From positions 125,601,731-125,665,730 of the forward strand of contig NC_092378.1 of the NCBI RefSeq assembly GCF_030028105.1: a stretch of 64,000 nt of DNA. Direction: 5' to 3'. A program made the translations under genes and the position numbers. How positions within the stretch are numbered: position 1 is the first letter of the stretch; each line of letters opens with the position of its first letter. The notes under the pieces were generated by a model that saw only the letters and a list, made by a program, of their open reading frames with translations, had not been told where the DNA came from and did no database searches. The stretch is from Mobula birostris. Lineage: Eukaryota. Positions 1 to 13,335 of this stretch are shown one piece after another.

Positions 1-343
1 AACCAAAGGGGATAACTACACTCAATTTCACTTGCCCCATCACTGAAATGCTTCCACAACCTCTGGACTCATGTTCAAGAACTCTTCATCTCATGTTGTC
101 AATATTTATTGCTTACTTGCTTGCTTGCTTATTTATCAATTAATTAATTTATTCTTTCTTTCTTTTTGTATTTGCACAGTTAGTTGCCTTTTCCACACTG
201 GTTGAACACCCAAGTTGGTGCAGTCTTTTATTGATTCTATTATGGTTATTATTCTATTATGAATGTATTATGTCTGCAAGGAAATGAATCTTATGGTTGT
301 ATATGGTGACACATATGTACTTTGATAATATGCTTTGAACTTC
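1..343 (+). mobile_element. 3' tail of a Rex1/Babar-like non-LTR repeat family
   Basis: T-rich 3' UTR ending ...ATAATATGCTTTGAACTT. Similar to the tails at 12930-13335 and 59340-60022; the latter retains RT C-terminal coding sequence. Confidence 0.55.
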
Positions 344-945
344 ATAAGTAAGCTATCTTATGCATTTATATTTTTGTGTTCTTTATCTTATTTTGTTTTT
401 TTTTGTGCTGCATTGGAGCTGGAGTAACAATTATTTAATTCTTCTTAACACTTGTGTACTGGAAATAACATTAAACAATCTTGAATCTTGAATTACTGTT
501 TCTGACTTCATGATTCATGGAAGGTAATTGCAGAAACAATTGAAAATGGCTCTCCTTGGTTCCTGCACTGAGGAAGACTTACAAAGATGTTACATTGCAG
601 AAATGATGAGTTTTAACAACCTCAGTCATTTCCTTTGTGCTAGCTATGATTCCAGCTAATAAATTGTCTGCTTAATTCCCATTGAACACGCAATTTTAAA
701 CTATCCCGTTGGTGGCACATCCTGTAAAATGCTGCCTTGATATCAAGGACAGCAACTTTTACATTGGTAGTACCAATGAAACATTTAAGAACATTTTCTC
801 TCTAAAAACAGCAATATATAAATTTAGGTTATATATTTACCAACCTTTTAATCCTAGTTATTGTGGCTCTAATAAATCAAAGGTGGCATAGTAAATTTAC
901 TCTGAACAATTGGAAAACTAGTTTTAAAAATGGTTCTTTTTGCAG

Positions 946-1061
946 TCAGGATTGCAAGAAAGCTACATGAAGATGGATAGCAATCTTAAGAAGTTCGCAG
1001 ACTCATTTGCTCATAACATGAATTTGATAGAAAAAGTCCTCAAAGCAGAAATACTTGAAAG
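946..1061 (+). CDS. CCDC154: CCDC154-like coding exon (SGLQESYMKMDSNLKKFADSFAHNMNLIEKVLKAEILE-R)
   Basis: tttttgcAG acceptor and AG|GTtagg donor; 116 bp open frame with coiled-coil character; phase 2 end matches the exon at 8265. Confidence 0.75.
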
Positions 1062-1880
1062 GTTAGGAAGCAAATTCCATTTTTATAAAATCTCAGCATA
1101 ATACGCACTTATCCATGAATGAAGTATAGATTTTTATTATTACAGTGACTAATTTGAGGATAAGATGTAGGTCAGTGGTGGGCTGGTTTCTGTTGCTGGT
1201 GTTTGGAATGCACTGTTTACTGTAGGTGCCCACTGCTTAGAACATATGCTCTTATAACTTTGCCATTAACATAATTTTTGATGTGGTTTGGGTGGGATAG
1301 TTGTGGTTAACTGCCACCCCAATCTTCCCCACAACCCATGCTGCTGACTCCATTTGTGATTAAATCGATTTTTTAAAAAATTGCTTTAGTTATATAAGTT
1401 TGAATTTAAAAATACATGTATAACTATAAAAGCAACGGAGAAGAATCTGTTATACTTACTGTACCTGATATGGGACAGTTAGTTCCATACTACTTCTCTT
1501 TCCGTATAGTTATACAAACTTCTCCTTTTTATGTAGAGCTCCTGTTTAATACTTCCACCACTCCTTCAGGTGGTGCATTCCAACTCACAGCAAATTACTG
1601 AGTAATAACATTTCTTTCTATCTCTTCTCAGCCTTCTTGGAATTTACTTTAAATTTGTATTCAGTGGTTGCTCCCCCTTCTACTTCTGGAAATAGTTTTC
1701 CCCAAACTTCTTTATATCAAAATCCACCATACTTTTGTAAAAGTCTCCTAAGATTTTCTTTGTTTTAAGAGTGATCCTAGCTTCTCTCAGCTTTCCAGAT
1801 TATAAAAAAAACTCTCATACATGGTGCTATGATGTTAAAACCTGACCCCTTGCTACGGTCTTTATGGACATTTTAAATGT

Positions 1881-4800
1881 CATAGAAACATAGAAAATAG
1901 GTGCAGGAGTAGGCTATTTGGCCATTCGAGCCTGCACCGCCATTCAGTACGATCATGGCTGATCATCCAACTCAGAACCCTGTACCAGCCTTCCCTCCAT
2001 ACCCCCTGATCCCTTTAGCCACAAGGACCATATCTAACTCCCTCTTAAATATAGCCAATGAACTGGCCTCAACTGTTTCCTGTGGCAGAGAATTCCACAG
2101 ATTCACCACTCTCTGTGTGAAGAAGTTTTTCCTAATCTCGGTCCTAAAAGGCTTCCCCTTTATCCTTAAACTGTGACCCCTCGTCTGGACTTCCCCAACA
2201 TCGGGAACAATCTTCCTGCATCTAGCCTGTCCAATCCCTTTAGGATTTTATACGTTTCAATAAGATCCCCCCTCAATCTTCTAAATTCCAATGAGTATAA
2301 GCCTAGTCGATCCAGTCTTTCATCATATGAAAGTCCTGCCATCCCAGGAATCAATATGGTGAACCTTCTTTGTACTCCCTCTATGGCAAGGATGTCTTTC
2401 CTCAGATTAGGGGACCAAAACTGCACACAATTCTCCAGGTGTGGTCTCACCAAGGCCTTGTACGACTGCAGTAGCACCTCCCTGCTCCTGTAGTTGAATC
2501 CTCTTGCTATGAATGCCAGCATACCATTTGCCTTTTTCACCGTCTGCTGTACCTGCATGCCCACTTTCAATGACTCGTGCAATAATGACACCCAGGTCCT
2601 GTTGCACCTCTCCTTTTCCTAATCGGCCACCATTCAAATAACAATCTGTTTTCCTGTTTTTGCCACCAAAGTGGATAACCTCACATTTATCCACATTAAA
2701 TTGCATCTGCCATGAATTTGCCCACTCACCTAACCTATTCAAGTCACCCTGCATCCTCTCAGCATCCTCCTCACAGCTAACACTGCCGCCCAGCTTCGTG
2801 TTATCCACAAACTTGGAGATGCTGCATTTAATTCCCTCGTCTAAGTCATTAATATATATTGTAAACATCTGGGGTCCCAGCACTGAGCCTTGCGGTACCC
2901 CACTAGTCACTGCCTGCCATTCTGAAAAGGTCCCGTTTATTCCCACTCTTTGCTTCCTGTTTGCCAACCAATTCTCTATCCTCATCAACTCCTTATCCCC
3001 TAATACTGTGTGCTTTAAGTTTACACACTAATCTCCTGTGTGGGACCTTGCCAAAAGCCTTCTGAAAATCCAAATATACCACATCCATTGGTTCTCCCCT
3101 ATCCACTCTACTAGTTACATCCTCAAAAAATTCTATGAGATTCGTCAGACGTAATTTTCCTTTCACAAATCCGTGCTGACTTTGTCCGATGATTTCGCCA
3201 CTTTCCAAATGTGCTGTTATCACGTCTTTGATAACTGACTCTAGCATTTTCTCCACCATTGATGTTAGGCTAACCGGTCTATAATTCCCCAGTTTCTCTC
3301 TCTTAAAAAAGGAGAGAAAAAAGTGGGGTTACATTAGCCACCCTCCAATCCTCAGGAACTAGTCCAGAATCTAAAGAGTTCTGAAAAATTATCACTAATG
3401 CATCCACTATTTCTTGGGCTACTTCCTTACGCACTCTGGGATACAGACCATCTGGCCCTGGGGATTTATCTGCCTTTAATCCCTTCAATTTACCTAACAT
3501 TACTTCCCTACTAACATGTATTTCGCTCAGTTCCTCCATCTCACTGGACCCTCTGTCCCCTACTATTTCCGGAAGATTATTTATGTCCTCCTTAGTGAAG
3601 ACAGAACCAAAGTAGTTATTCAATTGGTCTGCCATGTCCTTGCTCCCCAGAATCACTTCACCTGCTTCTGTCTGTAGGGAACCTACATTTGTCTTAACCA
3701 ATCTGTTTCTTTTCACATATCTATAAAAGCTTTTACAGTCAGTTTTTATGTTCCCTGCCAGTTTTCTCTTAAAATCTTTTTTCCCTTTCCTAATTAAGCC
3801 CTTTGTCCTCCTCTGCTGGACTCTGAATTTCTCCCAGTCCTCAGGTGAGCCACTTTTTCTGGCTAATTTGTATGCTTCTTCTTTGGAATTGATACTATCC
3901 CTAATTTCCCTTGTCAGCCACGGGTGCACTACCGTCCCTGATTTATTCTTTTGCCAAACTGGGATGAACAATTGTTGTAGTTCATCCATGCGATCTTTAA
4001 ATGCTTGCCATTGCATATCCACCCTCAACCCTTTAAGTGTCATTTGCCAGTCTATCTTAGCTAATTCACGTCTCATACCTTCAAAGTTACCCTTCTTTAA
4101 GTTCAGAACCTTTGTTTCTGAATTAACTATGTCACTCTCCATCTTAATGAAGAATTCCACCATATTATGGTCACTCTTACCCAAGGTGCCTCTCACGACA
4201 AGATTGCTAATTAACCCTTCCTCATTGCTCAATACCCAGTCTAGAATAGCCTGCTCTCTAGTTGGTTCCTCGACATGTTGGTCCAAAAAACCATCCCGCA
4301 TACATTCCAAGAAATCCTGTTCCTCAGCACCCTTACCAATTTGGTTCACCCAATCTATATGTAGATTGAAGTCATCCATTATAACTGCTGTTCCTTTATT
4401 GCACGCATTACTAATTTCCTGTTTAATACCATCCCCAACTGTTAGGTGGCCTGTACACAACTCCCATCAGCGTTTTCTGCCCCTTAGTGTTATGCAGCTC
4501 TACCCATATCGATTCCACATCCTCCTGGCTAATGTCCTTCCTTTCTATTGCGTTAATCTCCTCTCTAACCAGCAATGCTACCCCACCTCCTTTTCTTTCA
4601 TGTCTATCCCTCCTGAATATTGAATATCCCTGAATGTTGAGCTCCCATCCTTGGTCACCCTGGAGCCATGTCTCTGTGATCCCAACTATATCATATTCAT
4701 TAATAACAATCTGCACTTTTAATTCATCCACCTTGTTACGAATGCTCCTTGCATTGACACACAAAGCCTTCAGGCTCGCTTTTACAACACTCTTAGCCCT

Positions 4801-5865
4801 TATACAATTATATTGAAAAGTGGCCCTTTTTGATTTTTGCCCTGGATTTGCCGGCCTGCCACTTTTACTTTTCACCTTACTACTTTTTGCTTCTACCCTC
4901 ACTTTACGCCCCTCTGTCTCTCTACACTTGTTCTCATCCCCCTGTTGTGAACTAACCTCCTCTCTCCTAGTCTCTTTAATTTGATTCCCACTCCCCAACC
5001 ATTCTAGTTTAAAGTCACCTCAGTAGCCCTCACAAATCTCCCCGCCAGGATATTGGTCCCCCTAGGATTCAAGTGTAACCCGTCCGTTTTGTACAGGTCA
5101 CACCTGCGCCAAAAGAGGTCCCAATGATCCAAAAACTTGAATCCCTGCCCCCGATCCAATCCCTCAGCCACGCATTTATCCTCCACCTCATTGCATTCCT
5201 ACTCTCACCATCGTGTGGCACAGGCAGTAATCCCGAGATTACTACCTTTGCGGTCCTTTTTCTCAACGCCCTTCCTAGCTCCCTATATTCTCCTTTCAGG
5301 ACCTCTTCCCTTTTCCTACCTATGTCATTGGTACCTATATGTACCACAACCTCTGGCCCCTCACCCTCCCACTTCAGAATATCTTGGATGCGATCAGAAA
5401 TATCCCAGACCCTGGCACCAGGGAGGCAAACTGTCACCTGGGTCTCTGGACTGCATCCACAGAATTGCCTATCTGACCCCCTTACTATTGAATCCCCTAT
5501 TACAACTGCCCTCCTCTTCCTTTCCCTACCTTTCTGAGCTACAGGGCCGGACTCTGTGCCGGAGGCACAGCCACTGTCGCTTCCCCCAGATAAGCTGTCC
5601 CCCCAACAGTACTCAAACAGGAGTACCTATTGTCAAGGGGCACAGCCACTGGGGTACTCTCTATTACCTGACTCTTCCCCTTACCCCTCCTAACCGTGAC
5701 CCACTTGTCTGCCTCCCGTGTGACCACCTGCCTGTAACTCCTCTCTATCAACTCCTCACTCTCCCTGACCAGACGAAGGTCATCGAGCTGCAGCTCCAGT
5801 TCCCTAATGCGGTCCCTGAGGAGCTGCATCTCGGTGCACCTGGCGCAGATGTGGCCGTCCCCACC
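1881..5865 (-). mobile_element. Near-full-length, frameshifted CR1 LINE (ORF1 zinc finger/leucine zipper + SGNH esterase; ORF2 APE endonuclease + RT)
   Basis: ORF fragments: HICARCTEMQLLRDRIRELELQL; VCLPGARV..HIGTND..DGLHLN (esterase); LCVNARSI..GITETWL (APE); YLDFQKAF, GVPQGSVLGP, FVDNTKL (RT); 3' end (TTTCTATG)n microsatellite. Confidence 0.95.
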
Positions 5866-5974
5866 TCCTTTTCTTGCTTTCTTCAAAATAAGTCTCTAAT
5901 GGTCTTTATGTTGTATGCTTTTTGATTTTTGATTTAGATTAAATCATGAATGTTGTTGTTAAGACTTCTTTATG

Positions 5975-6200
5975 AAGGTGGTGGTGAATCTGTGGAATTC
6001 ATTCCTACATGAAGCTGTGGAGGCCAAGTCCTTGGGTATATTTGAAGTGGAGGTTGATAGGTTCTTAATTAGTAAGGGTGTCAAAGGTTATGGGAAGAAG
6101 ACAGGAGAATGGGGTTGAGAGGAAAAATAAATCACCCATAATTGAATGATGGAGCAAATTCATTGGGCCAAATGGCCTAATTTTGCTTCGACGTCTCATG
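5975..6200 (+). mobile_element. CR1 3' fragment
   Basis: GTGGTGAATCTGTGGAATTC...GGCCAAATGGCCTAATT, homologous to the CR1 3' end at 10850-11085. Confidence 0.75.
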
Positions 6201-6942
6201 ATGACTTTCATTTTATTTGGTGATGCAGCAATACCCCTGGTACTAGGCAGTTTCAATCATGTGTGGCTTCACCTGATCTATGGATGTTCTATGGATCACA
6301 AAGGAAAGATGCCACACATCACTCTGTAAAACTATGCAATTACACAAAAGTCTAGAATAAGAATCACCTCCAATTTTAGAAACCTGGCTGTAAAGAAATA
6401 TACAATTTGGATTGACACTTTACTGATTTTCTGATTGAAAAACGAGTGTCTGAGCATTCAGTGTAGTAGAGCACACACTGAAAAGGAGACCATAATTGTT
6501 CCTCAAGAAACAATTTTCTTACCAAATTTCACTATGGTCAGGCCTTTTAAAATGGCTGTTGTCTGTTATACCCATAGCATCACCCGAATTAGGATCTGTG
6601 CAACACAGTAATTTTGGGAGAAAAAATAGACTTTAAAGTTTGCTCAACTTTTCAAGTTAATGAAAATGACACCAAATGACACGTCATTTGCAGCTAATTA
6701 TTGGACTGGGGAAGATGCACTCACTAATTCAGGGAACATTTCCCATGACCTTCCCTGCATTGAAGACTTGACTGAATGTTTTATGTGCTTCCCATGAGGA
6801 TTCTGGAATTATTTTGATTTAGAAAGCTTTCTACTACAGTATTTAGCTTTTTTTACAACAGCAGATGGTAAATTCCACATGAGTTTGCCAGTTTCCAGTC
6901 AGCAGTCATGATCCACTCCTTCTGAGCTAGAACTCATATTGC

Positions 6943-7574
6943 CAGACATCCTACCTCTCCCAGAAGTTCCGGGAGTCTCCCGCATATTGATAGCGGCTCC
7001 CTGATGCCTGGAAATTATATACAATATCCCGCAAATCGATTTTTTTGAGAGGGAGAGGGAGGGCGAGAGTGAGCAACCTGATTGGTCTCTCTTCGTGCTA
7101 AGTAGACCTATCAGATTTCTCTGTGGGTTGGCTTTACAGTCGATCTCAAAAATAATGGCAGTGTTGCTCGCTGCACTGTTTGCAACAGTGACTTTTCTAT
7201 TGCCCATGGTGGGTTAAAATGTAAAAGACATGTTGAGGTGAGTTTAACAGGTGTCATTCGTTCATTAGCGTAGCTAACATTATTTAAACTAGCTGGCCAG
7301 CTGCTAAGGAGCTACTCTATAGATGTCGTACGTGATGAGGCCAAACTCCATGTAGACTTGCTTAAAGTTGTAATAGAATAAACATGATAATATAAGTACA
7401 TATTTTAATGTCACATTTTCTGCATATACCCAACTTGGTTTACAGATTAGACAAAATCACTAAGCAAAGTATTACATACACCCTTGGAGGTCGACCGGTA
7501 GGGGGGTATATGGGGTTGCGGGGGGGCGGGGGTGCTACCTCCCTGAAATGAGTTTTTGCAGGGTGGGATGTCTG
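6943..7574. mobile_element. Non-autonomous DNA transposon (MITE)
   Basis: 13-bp terminal inverted repeats CAGACATCCTACC / GGTGGGATGTCTG (1 mismatch); flanks TATTGC / AATTGC; CpG-rich interior; no transposase ORF. Confidence 0.7.
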
Positions 7575-8264
7575 AATTGCCATTATTCCAGTCAGGGGGA
7601 AAATGGTTGTTGGACAATAATAGCTGACTCCTGCATAGGCGTTTCAAGATTCCTGCCAGCAAACCATGTACAGCTGATAAGGTGGCCAACAATTTTTATT
7701 GGTCACTACAGAAATGATTAAGCAAACAATTAGCATGTTGAAGCAGCTCTTATGGCCCTTAGACTATTCATATCTTATAGCAGGCCTTGTACTTTTAATT
7801 GCTAGAGATCATCTTTGATAAAGAAGCACATCCCTGAATTTGATGGGACAATATTACTTTAGGAAACTGGGATGAGATTTAGCCAACAGAGCAACTGCAT
7901 ATATATGATTTCTGCAGCCATATATATGTCTCACAGCAATTAATTATGTAAAATTTTATTTTCTTGCTTATTTGCAAGTTTTTATATTCTCTGTGCACGT
8001 TTTGGACTGTTTTAGTAATAATTATATGATTGAACAAAGGTTGCTTGGTTCCTTTAGAGTAGAAATGATGAGGAGCATCTTTTTTTTCCATTACCTGTTC
8101 CATTAATGTTCAGTATGAATACTGTTTCAGCATTGCATTAATTCTCTTCATACATATATGCTGTTATTTGCTGACTGGTTTAGTCAATGGATAGGAAAAC
8201 TATTTGCTCAATGGGCTGCTTGCTATTCCAAAATTAACTTAATCCTATAATTCTCTTATAACAG

Positions 8265-8391
8265 GAATAAACAAGAAACCCAACTAGAAAATAATATTGA
8301 AGTTTTACATGAACGTGTGAGTCTTGCATTACTAACTCTTCAGGAAGCAATAGGCATCCTACAGGAAGATATTAATAATGAGAAGCGAAAG
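8265..8391 (+). CDS. CCDC154: CCDC154-like coding exon (NKQETQLENNIEVLHERVSLALLTLQEAIGILQEDINNEKRK)
   Basis: ttataacAG acceptor and AAG|GTaaag donor; 127 bp; phase 2 to 0 fits both neighbours; heptad pattern. Confidence 0.85.
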
Positions 8392-9239
8392 GTAAAGGTT
8401 TTGAACCTAATTCAAACATTAAATATTTGTCTGCTGTAATAATATCAATCCATAGCAGATTAATTTAGTACCCTCTTGTTCGTTGAACAATTAAAATGGA
8501 AGTGAAATTCACAGTGAATAGTAGAGTTTTTGCTTTTCTTTTTATTTTCAGACATCAAAAGCATCAACTAATGTATGGATCTGGTTTGATGTGTGCTAGC
8601 AATCTCCTGGTTCTTCAGCAGTGGTTCTACACATCATGCCTATAGTGCCTTTGATAATGTAGATTTTCAGCTTTCACTTCCTGACCAGCCTAAGATGAGA
8701 AGATATCTTATCAGTTGTTTCTACATTACCTTCCTTGGATGATCATCTGATATTTAGAGATTTCCAGTCTAGTGCTCTCTCTTTGTTCAGATAAAGTCTT
8801 GGCTACCATGGTGATGGTATTAGAAACAGTTCTGTTACTTCCAATTACCACACTCCTCATTGGGACCTTTTAGTATCTCTTATTTAACACTTCTTTTGCA
8901 TAGAATATGCCTGACTTGCTTAATAGATGGAGATTCTCTGTGATATACTTCAAGCTTCATAATATAACGTGCAAGCTAACTCTTGAGCCAATATCCCTGA
9001 TCCAACAACTTGATTCAAAACAAAACATGGACTTAAGACTGGCCAGTTCACTTTGGTCCTCTTACACTACAACCTCCTTCTAGGTTACATCAGGAACACC
9101 TCATCGTTTACAGCGCCTTGTTATAATTGGAGTATCAGCTGAAGTCTCTCTGCCAAAAGAACCAAGATTGTAGGATTAGTAGGAAAGTATGGTGCCGTAG
9201 GTTGGTTAGTGTTCTTCCTTCACTATCTCAACATCTTTG

Positions 9240-9335
9240 ATAATGGAAAGAACTCAGCAGGTCAAGCAGCATTCATGGAGGCAAAATATTTCGGGTTGTG
9301 ATCTTGCATCAGGTCCTGCTGAGTTCTTCCAGCTT
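9240..9335. repeat. Short decayed fold-back remnant of the Penelope-like tail
   Basis: GGAAAGAACTCAGCAGG...CCTGCTGAGTTCTTCC inverted repeat enclosing a degenerate minus-strand hammerhead (CTGATGC...GAAA). Confidence 0.55.
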
Positions 9336-9446
9336 TATATTTTTGTTTTATATTCTAGCATCTACAGTTCCTTTTGTCCTCTTTTGAAAGCTTTTTATGT
9401 AAACAATGTCTCTAATCCCCAAAATTCCAACAGTTTCATGATTATA

Positions 9447-11085
9447 ACAGTCACAATTACAACAGAGAAAGTACTCAGGAAGCTGAATAGTCTAAAGGTA
9501 GATAAATCTCCTGGACCAGATGGAATGCACCCGTGTGTTCTGAAGGAAGTAGCTGTGGAGATGGTGGAGGCATTAGCAATGATCTTTCAAAAGTCGATAG
9601 ATTCTGGCATGGTTCCGGAGGACTGGAGGATCGCAAATGTCACTCCGCTATTTAAGAAGGGGGCAAGGAAGCAGAAAGGAAATTATAGACCTGTTAGCTT
9701 GACATCGGTGTTTGGGAAGTTGTTGGAGTCGATTGTCAAGAATGAGGTTACAGAGTACCTGGAGGCATATGACAAGATAGGCAGAACTCAGCATGGATTC
9801 CTTGAAGGAAAATCCTGCCTGATAAACCTATTACAATCTTTTGAGGAAGCTACAAGTAGGCTAGACAGGGGAGATGCAGTGGATGTTGTATATTTGGATT
9901 TTCAGAAGGCCTTTGACAAGGTGCCACACATGAGGCTACTTAACAAGATAAGAGCCCATGGAATTACGGGAAAGTTACATACGTGGATAGAGCGTTGGCT
10001 GATTGGCAGGAAACAGAGAGTGGGAATAAAGGGATCCTATTCTGGTTGGCTGCCGGTTACCAGTGGTGTTCCACAGGGGTCCGTGTTGGGACTGCTTCTT
10101 TTTACATTGTACATCAACGATTTGGATTATGGAATAGATGGCTTTGTGGCTAAGTTTGCTGATGATACGAAGATAGGTGGAGGGGCCGGTAGTGCTGAGG
10201 AAACAGAGAGTCTGCAGAGAGACTTGGATAGATTGGAAGAATGGGCAAAGACGTGGCAAATGAAATACAATGTTGGAAAGTGTATGGTTATGCACTTTGG
10301 CAGAAGAAATAAATGGGCAGACTATTATTTAAATGGGGAGAGAATTCAAAGTTCTGAGATGCAACAGGACTTGGTATTCCTCGTACAGGATACCCTTAAG
10401 GTTAACCTCCAGGTTGAATCAGTGGTGAAGAAGGCGAATGCAGTGTTGGCATTCATTTCTAGAGGAATAGAGTATAGGAGCAGGGATGTGATGTTGAGGC
10501 TCTATAAGGCGCTGGTGAGACCTCACTTGGAGTACTGTCGGCAGTTTTGGTCTCCTTATTTAAGAAAGGATGTGCTGACGTTGGAGAGGGTACAGAAAGG
10601 ATTCACCAGAATGATTCCGGGAATGAGAGGGTTAACATATGAGAAACGTTTGTCCACTCTTGGACTGTATTCCTTGGAGTTTAGAAGAATGAGGGGAGAC
10701 CTCATAGAAACATTTTGAATGTTGAAAGTCATGGACAGAGTGGATGTGGCAAAGTTGTTTTCCATGATAGGGGAGTCTAGTAAGAGAGGGTATGACTTAA
10801 GGATTGAAGGGCACCCATTCAGAACAGAAATGCGAAGAAATTTTTTTAGCCAGAGGGTGGTGAATCTATGGTATTTGTTGCCACGGGCGGCAGAGGAGGC
10901 CAAGTCATTGGGCGTATTTAAGGCAGAGATTGATAGGTATCTGAGTAGCCAGGGCATCAAAGGTTATGGTGAGAAGGCAGGGGAGTGGGACTATATGGGA
11001 GATTGGATCAGCTCATGATAAAATGGCGCAGCAGACTTGATGGGCCGAATGGCCGACTTCTGCTCCTTTGTCTTATGGTCTTATA
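9447..11085 (+). mobile_element. 5'-truncated CR1 LINE with a long open RT frame
   Basis: ORF 9237-10718 contains KSPGPDG, NYRPVSLTS, YLDFQKAFDKV, GVPQGSVLG, FADDTK; 3' end TCTTATGGTCTTAT. Confidence 0.95.
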
Positions 11086-11892
11086 ATCTTTATTCTTAAT
11101 ACAGCTATTTGTTAACTTGCTTCAGTGTGATCCTTACCATCTTTTCCTCACTTAAACACAAAGGTAAACAGCAAAATCAAGTGGCATCTACCAACATAAG
11201 TGACAAATTGATAAAAAGCTTAATTGCAGTTTTATCCCTCCTTTGTATTGATCTCTTGACCCACTTTTATACTTGTGTTCAGAAATCCTTCCAAGAATTG
11301 CTTTCTCTGTGGTGACAAGTTGCCGGTCACGATGGTGCCAAGCTGTAATGTCTGTTGAGGTTGTGACTCAGACCTAGTTGTTTTATAAGTTTGTAGGGAT
11401 ACTTTTGGGCTCAAGCAAAGGGAGTTAGGGGCCAGGTTAGAATTTAGGGACAGGGTTGAGGGAAAGTGAGTGGTCAGGACGGTAAATGAAAAGTCAGGGA
11501 CAGGAGCGGATTGGATTGCTTTGTGGTGGAAGGCCAGCAATCCCCAAGGATGGAGGTTGGATCGGCAGGTGTTGAGGACAGAGATCAGTTCTCCTGGTGG
11601 CCAAGGGCCAAGGTCGAGGTTCCCCTAGGACAAGGGCCTGTGACCCCTGAGATTGGCAAGTCCCAGGTTTGGAGTTCCATGCAGTCTGGATGCACCAAGT
11701 CAATTGGCAGGACTGGATGTCAGACTCCAGCGATCTGCAGGGGACGTTAGGTTGGTAGGTACTGAGGGCAAAGACCAGGGACCCCTATGGACAAGAACTG
11801 AGATCAGTGGGCTCTGAGGAATAAAGGCTGGTGACCTTTGAGGCCAATGAGTCTGGGGATTGGACGTCCATGTTGGCACGTCTGGATGCTGG

Positions 11893-11944
11893 TCAGCACG
11901 GAATGAGGACAAAGACAGCATCAGCACGGAATGAGGACAAAGAC
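11893..11944 (+). repeat. 24-bp direct repeat TCAGCACGGAATGAGGACAAAGAC x2 within an unclassified repeat (~11300-12215)
   Basis: Copies at 11893-11916 and 11921-11944. Confidence 0.8.
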
Positions 11945-12929
11945 TTGTGATCCCTGAAGTCAAGGACTACAGTCCATGGGGTCCTGAGATTGAGGGCAGT
12001 TAATTCCCAATGGGGAATGAGATGAACATAAAAGTTTGTTTTGCTATTGTTGTGTCTCTTTTGTTGTATGTTGGCTGTGTATTGAACATTGTGGGCATGC
12101 TGGAAGTGTGGTAACCCTTGCACATCTTCAGATTGTATTGGTTGTTAGCACAAACAACTCCTTTCACTGTATATTTCAATGTACATGTGACTAATAAACC
12201 TAAGCTAATCAAAGTTGCAAATTGCGAATCCATTGAATCTCCATTAAGGACATTTTAAATGGGCATGATGTGATTTGTGGAGCAATTCTGGGCTTTAGCT
12301 CAACCATTTCTGGATGGGTAGGCCAGTCTGAAATAGTTAGTTGTGGAGCATTAGGAGAGAACTAACAGAGCAGGTAGTGAGGAGGCAGGCACTCAGTTAT
12401 CCATAGGGATCAACCCGTTGACACTTGGAACAGCACCTTGTCATTCCCATGACTCTATCTGATGTGACACCCAGTGAAGTTGAAAACTGTAGCCCCTGGA
12501 GCCAAAATGCAGTCTTAGTTTGAAGGGTCACTATCTGCAAAGGTTCCATCTGGATTGTGAATGCAGCAGTGGGGCTTGAGTTGACCAATCAATTGTTCAA
12601 CAGAAGGATCTCTATTCTTTGGGGATCTCATTGACATGTGGGCCCATGTCCCCAGCACTTCCTGATGAAAGTTATTCAGAGTTCTGTGCAGCAGAATTAG
12701 TAACCAATCTTTCTCTATAGCAATTGGAAGGCCGACTGACTTAACTCAAAAAGTTTTATGTCTACAGGTTCACCAAGTTTAGAGTTGTTTACAGTTTTGT
12801 CTCTAAGGAGCACAGTATGCCAGCCTCTGAGCCCTAGTTTGTGAGGCCTGATTGAATATATTGGATCCTGGCAGAGATGGGACTGCTTTTCTTGAATTGG
12901 TTGATGTGCTTTCAGTTTTCAACAGCTGA

Positions 12930-13335
12930 CATCCAAGCCATGCTTTCTGTTCACTGCTGTCACCAGGAAGGAGGTACAGGAACCTTAGGTCCCACACCAC
13001 CAGATTCAGGAACAGTTATTACCCTTCAACCCTCAGACTCCTGAACCAGCATAGATACACTTCACTCATCTCAACTCTGAACTGATGCTGCAACCTATGG
13101 ACTCAATTTCAAGGACTCTACATTTCATCTTCTTGATATTATTTATTTACTTAAATATGTTTTTATTTTCACAGTTCATCTTCTTTTGCATATTTGTTGT
13201 TTTTCTTTGAGTGTAGTTTTTTTTGATTTTATTGTATTTCTTTGTTATACTGTGAATACTTGCAAGAAAATAAATCTCAGAATGGTATACGGTAACATAT
13301 ACTTTTTTAAATAATAAATTTACTTTGAACTTTGA
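12930..13335 (+). mobile_element. Rex1/Babar-like LINE 3' fragment
   Basis: GGAGGTACAGGAACC...TTCAGGAACAG shared with 59720-59775; ends AATAAATTTACTTTGAACTTTGA. Confidence 0.7.

Noticed and set aside
2173-5925. Long + strand ORFs (3748-4623, 5137-5925, 2660-3031 and others)
   Set aside because: Antisense shadow frames of the minus-strand CR1 ORFs.
9237-9446. Novel N-terminal extension on the 493-aa RT ORF
   Set aside because: Chance read-through from flanking DNA and a Penelope-tail remnant into a truncated CR1.
11893-11944. CRISPR-like repeat
   Set aside because: Only two copies with a 4-bp spacer in vertebrate DNA; no array and no cas genes.
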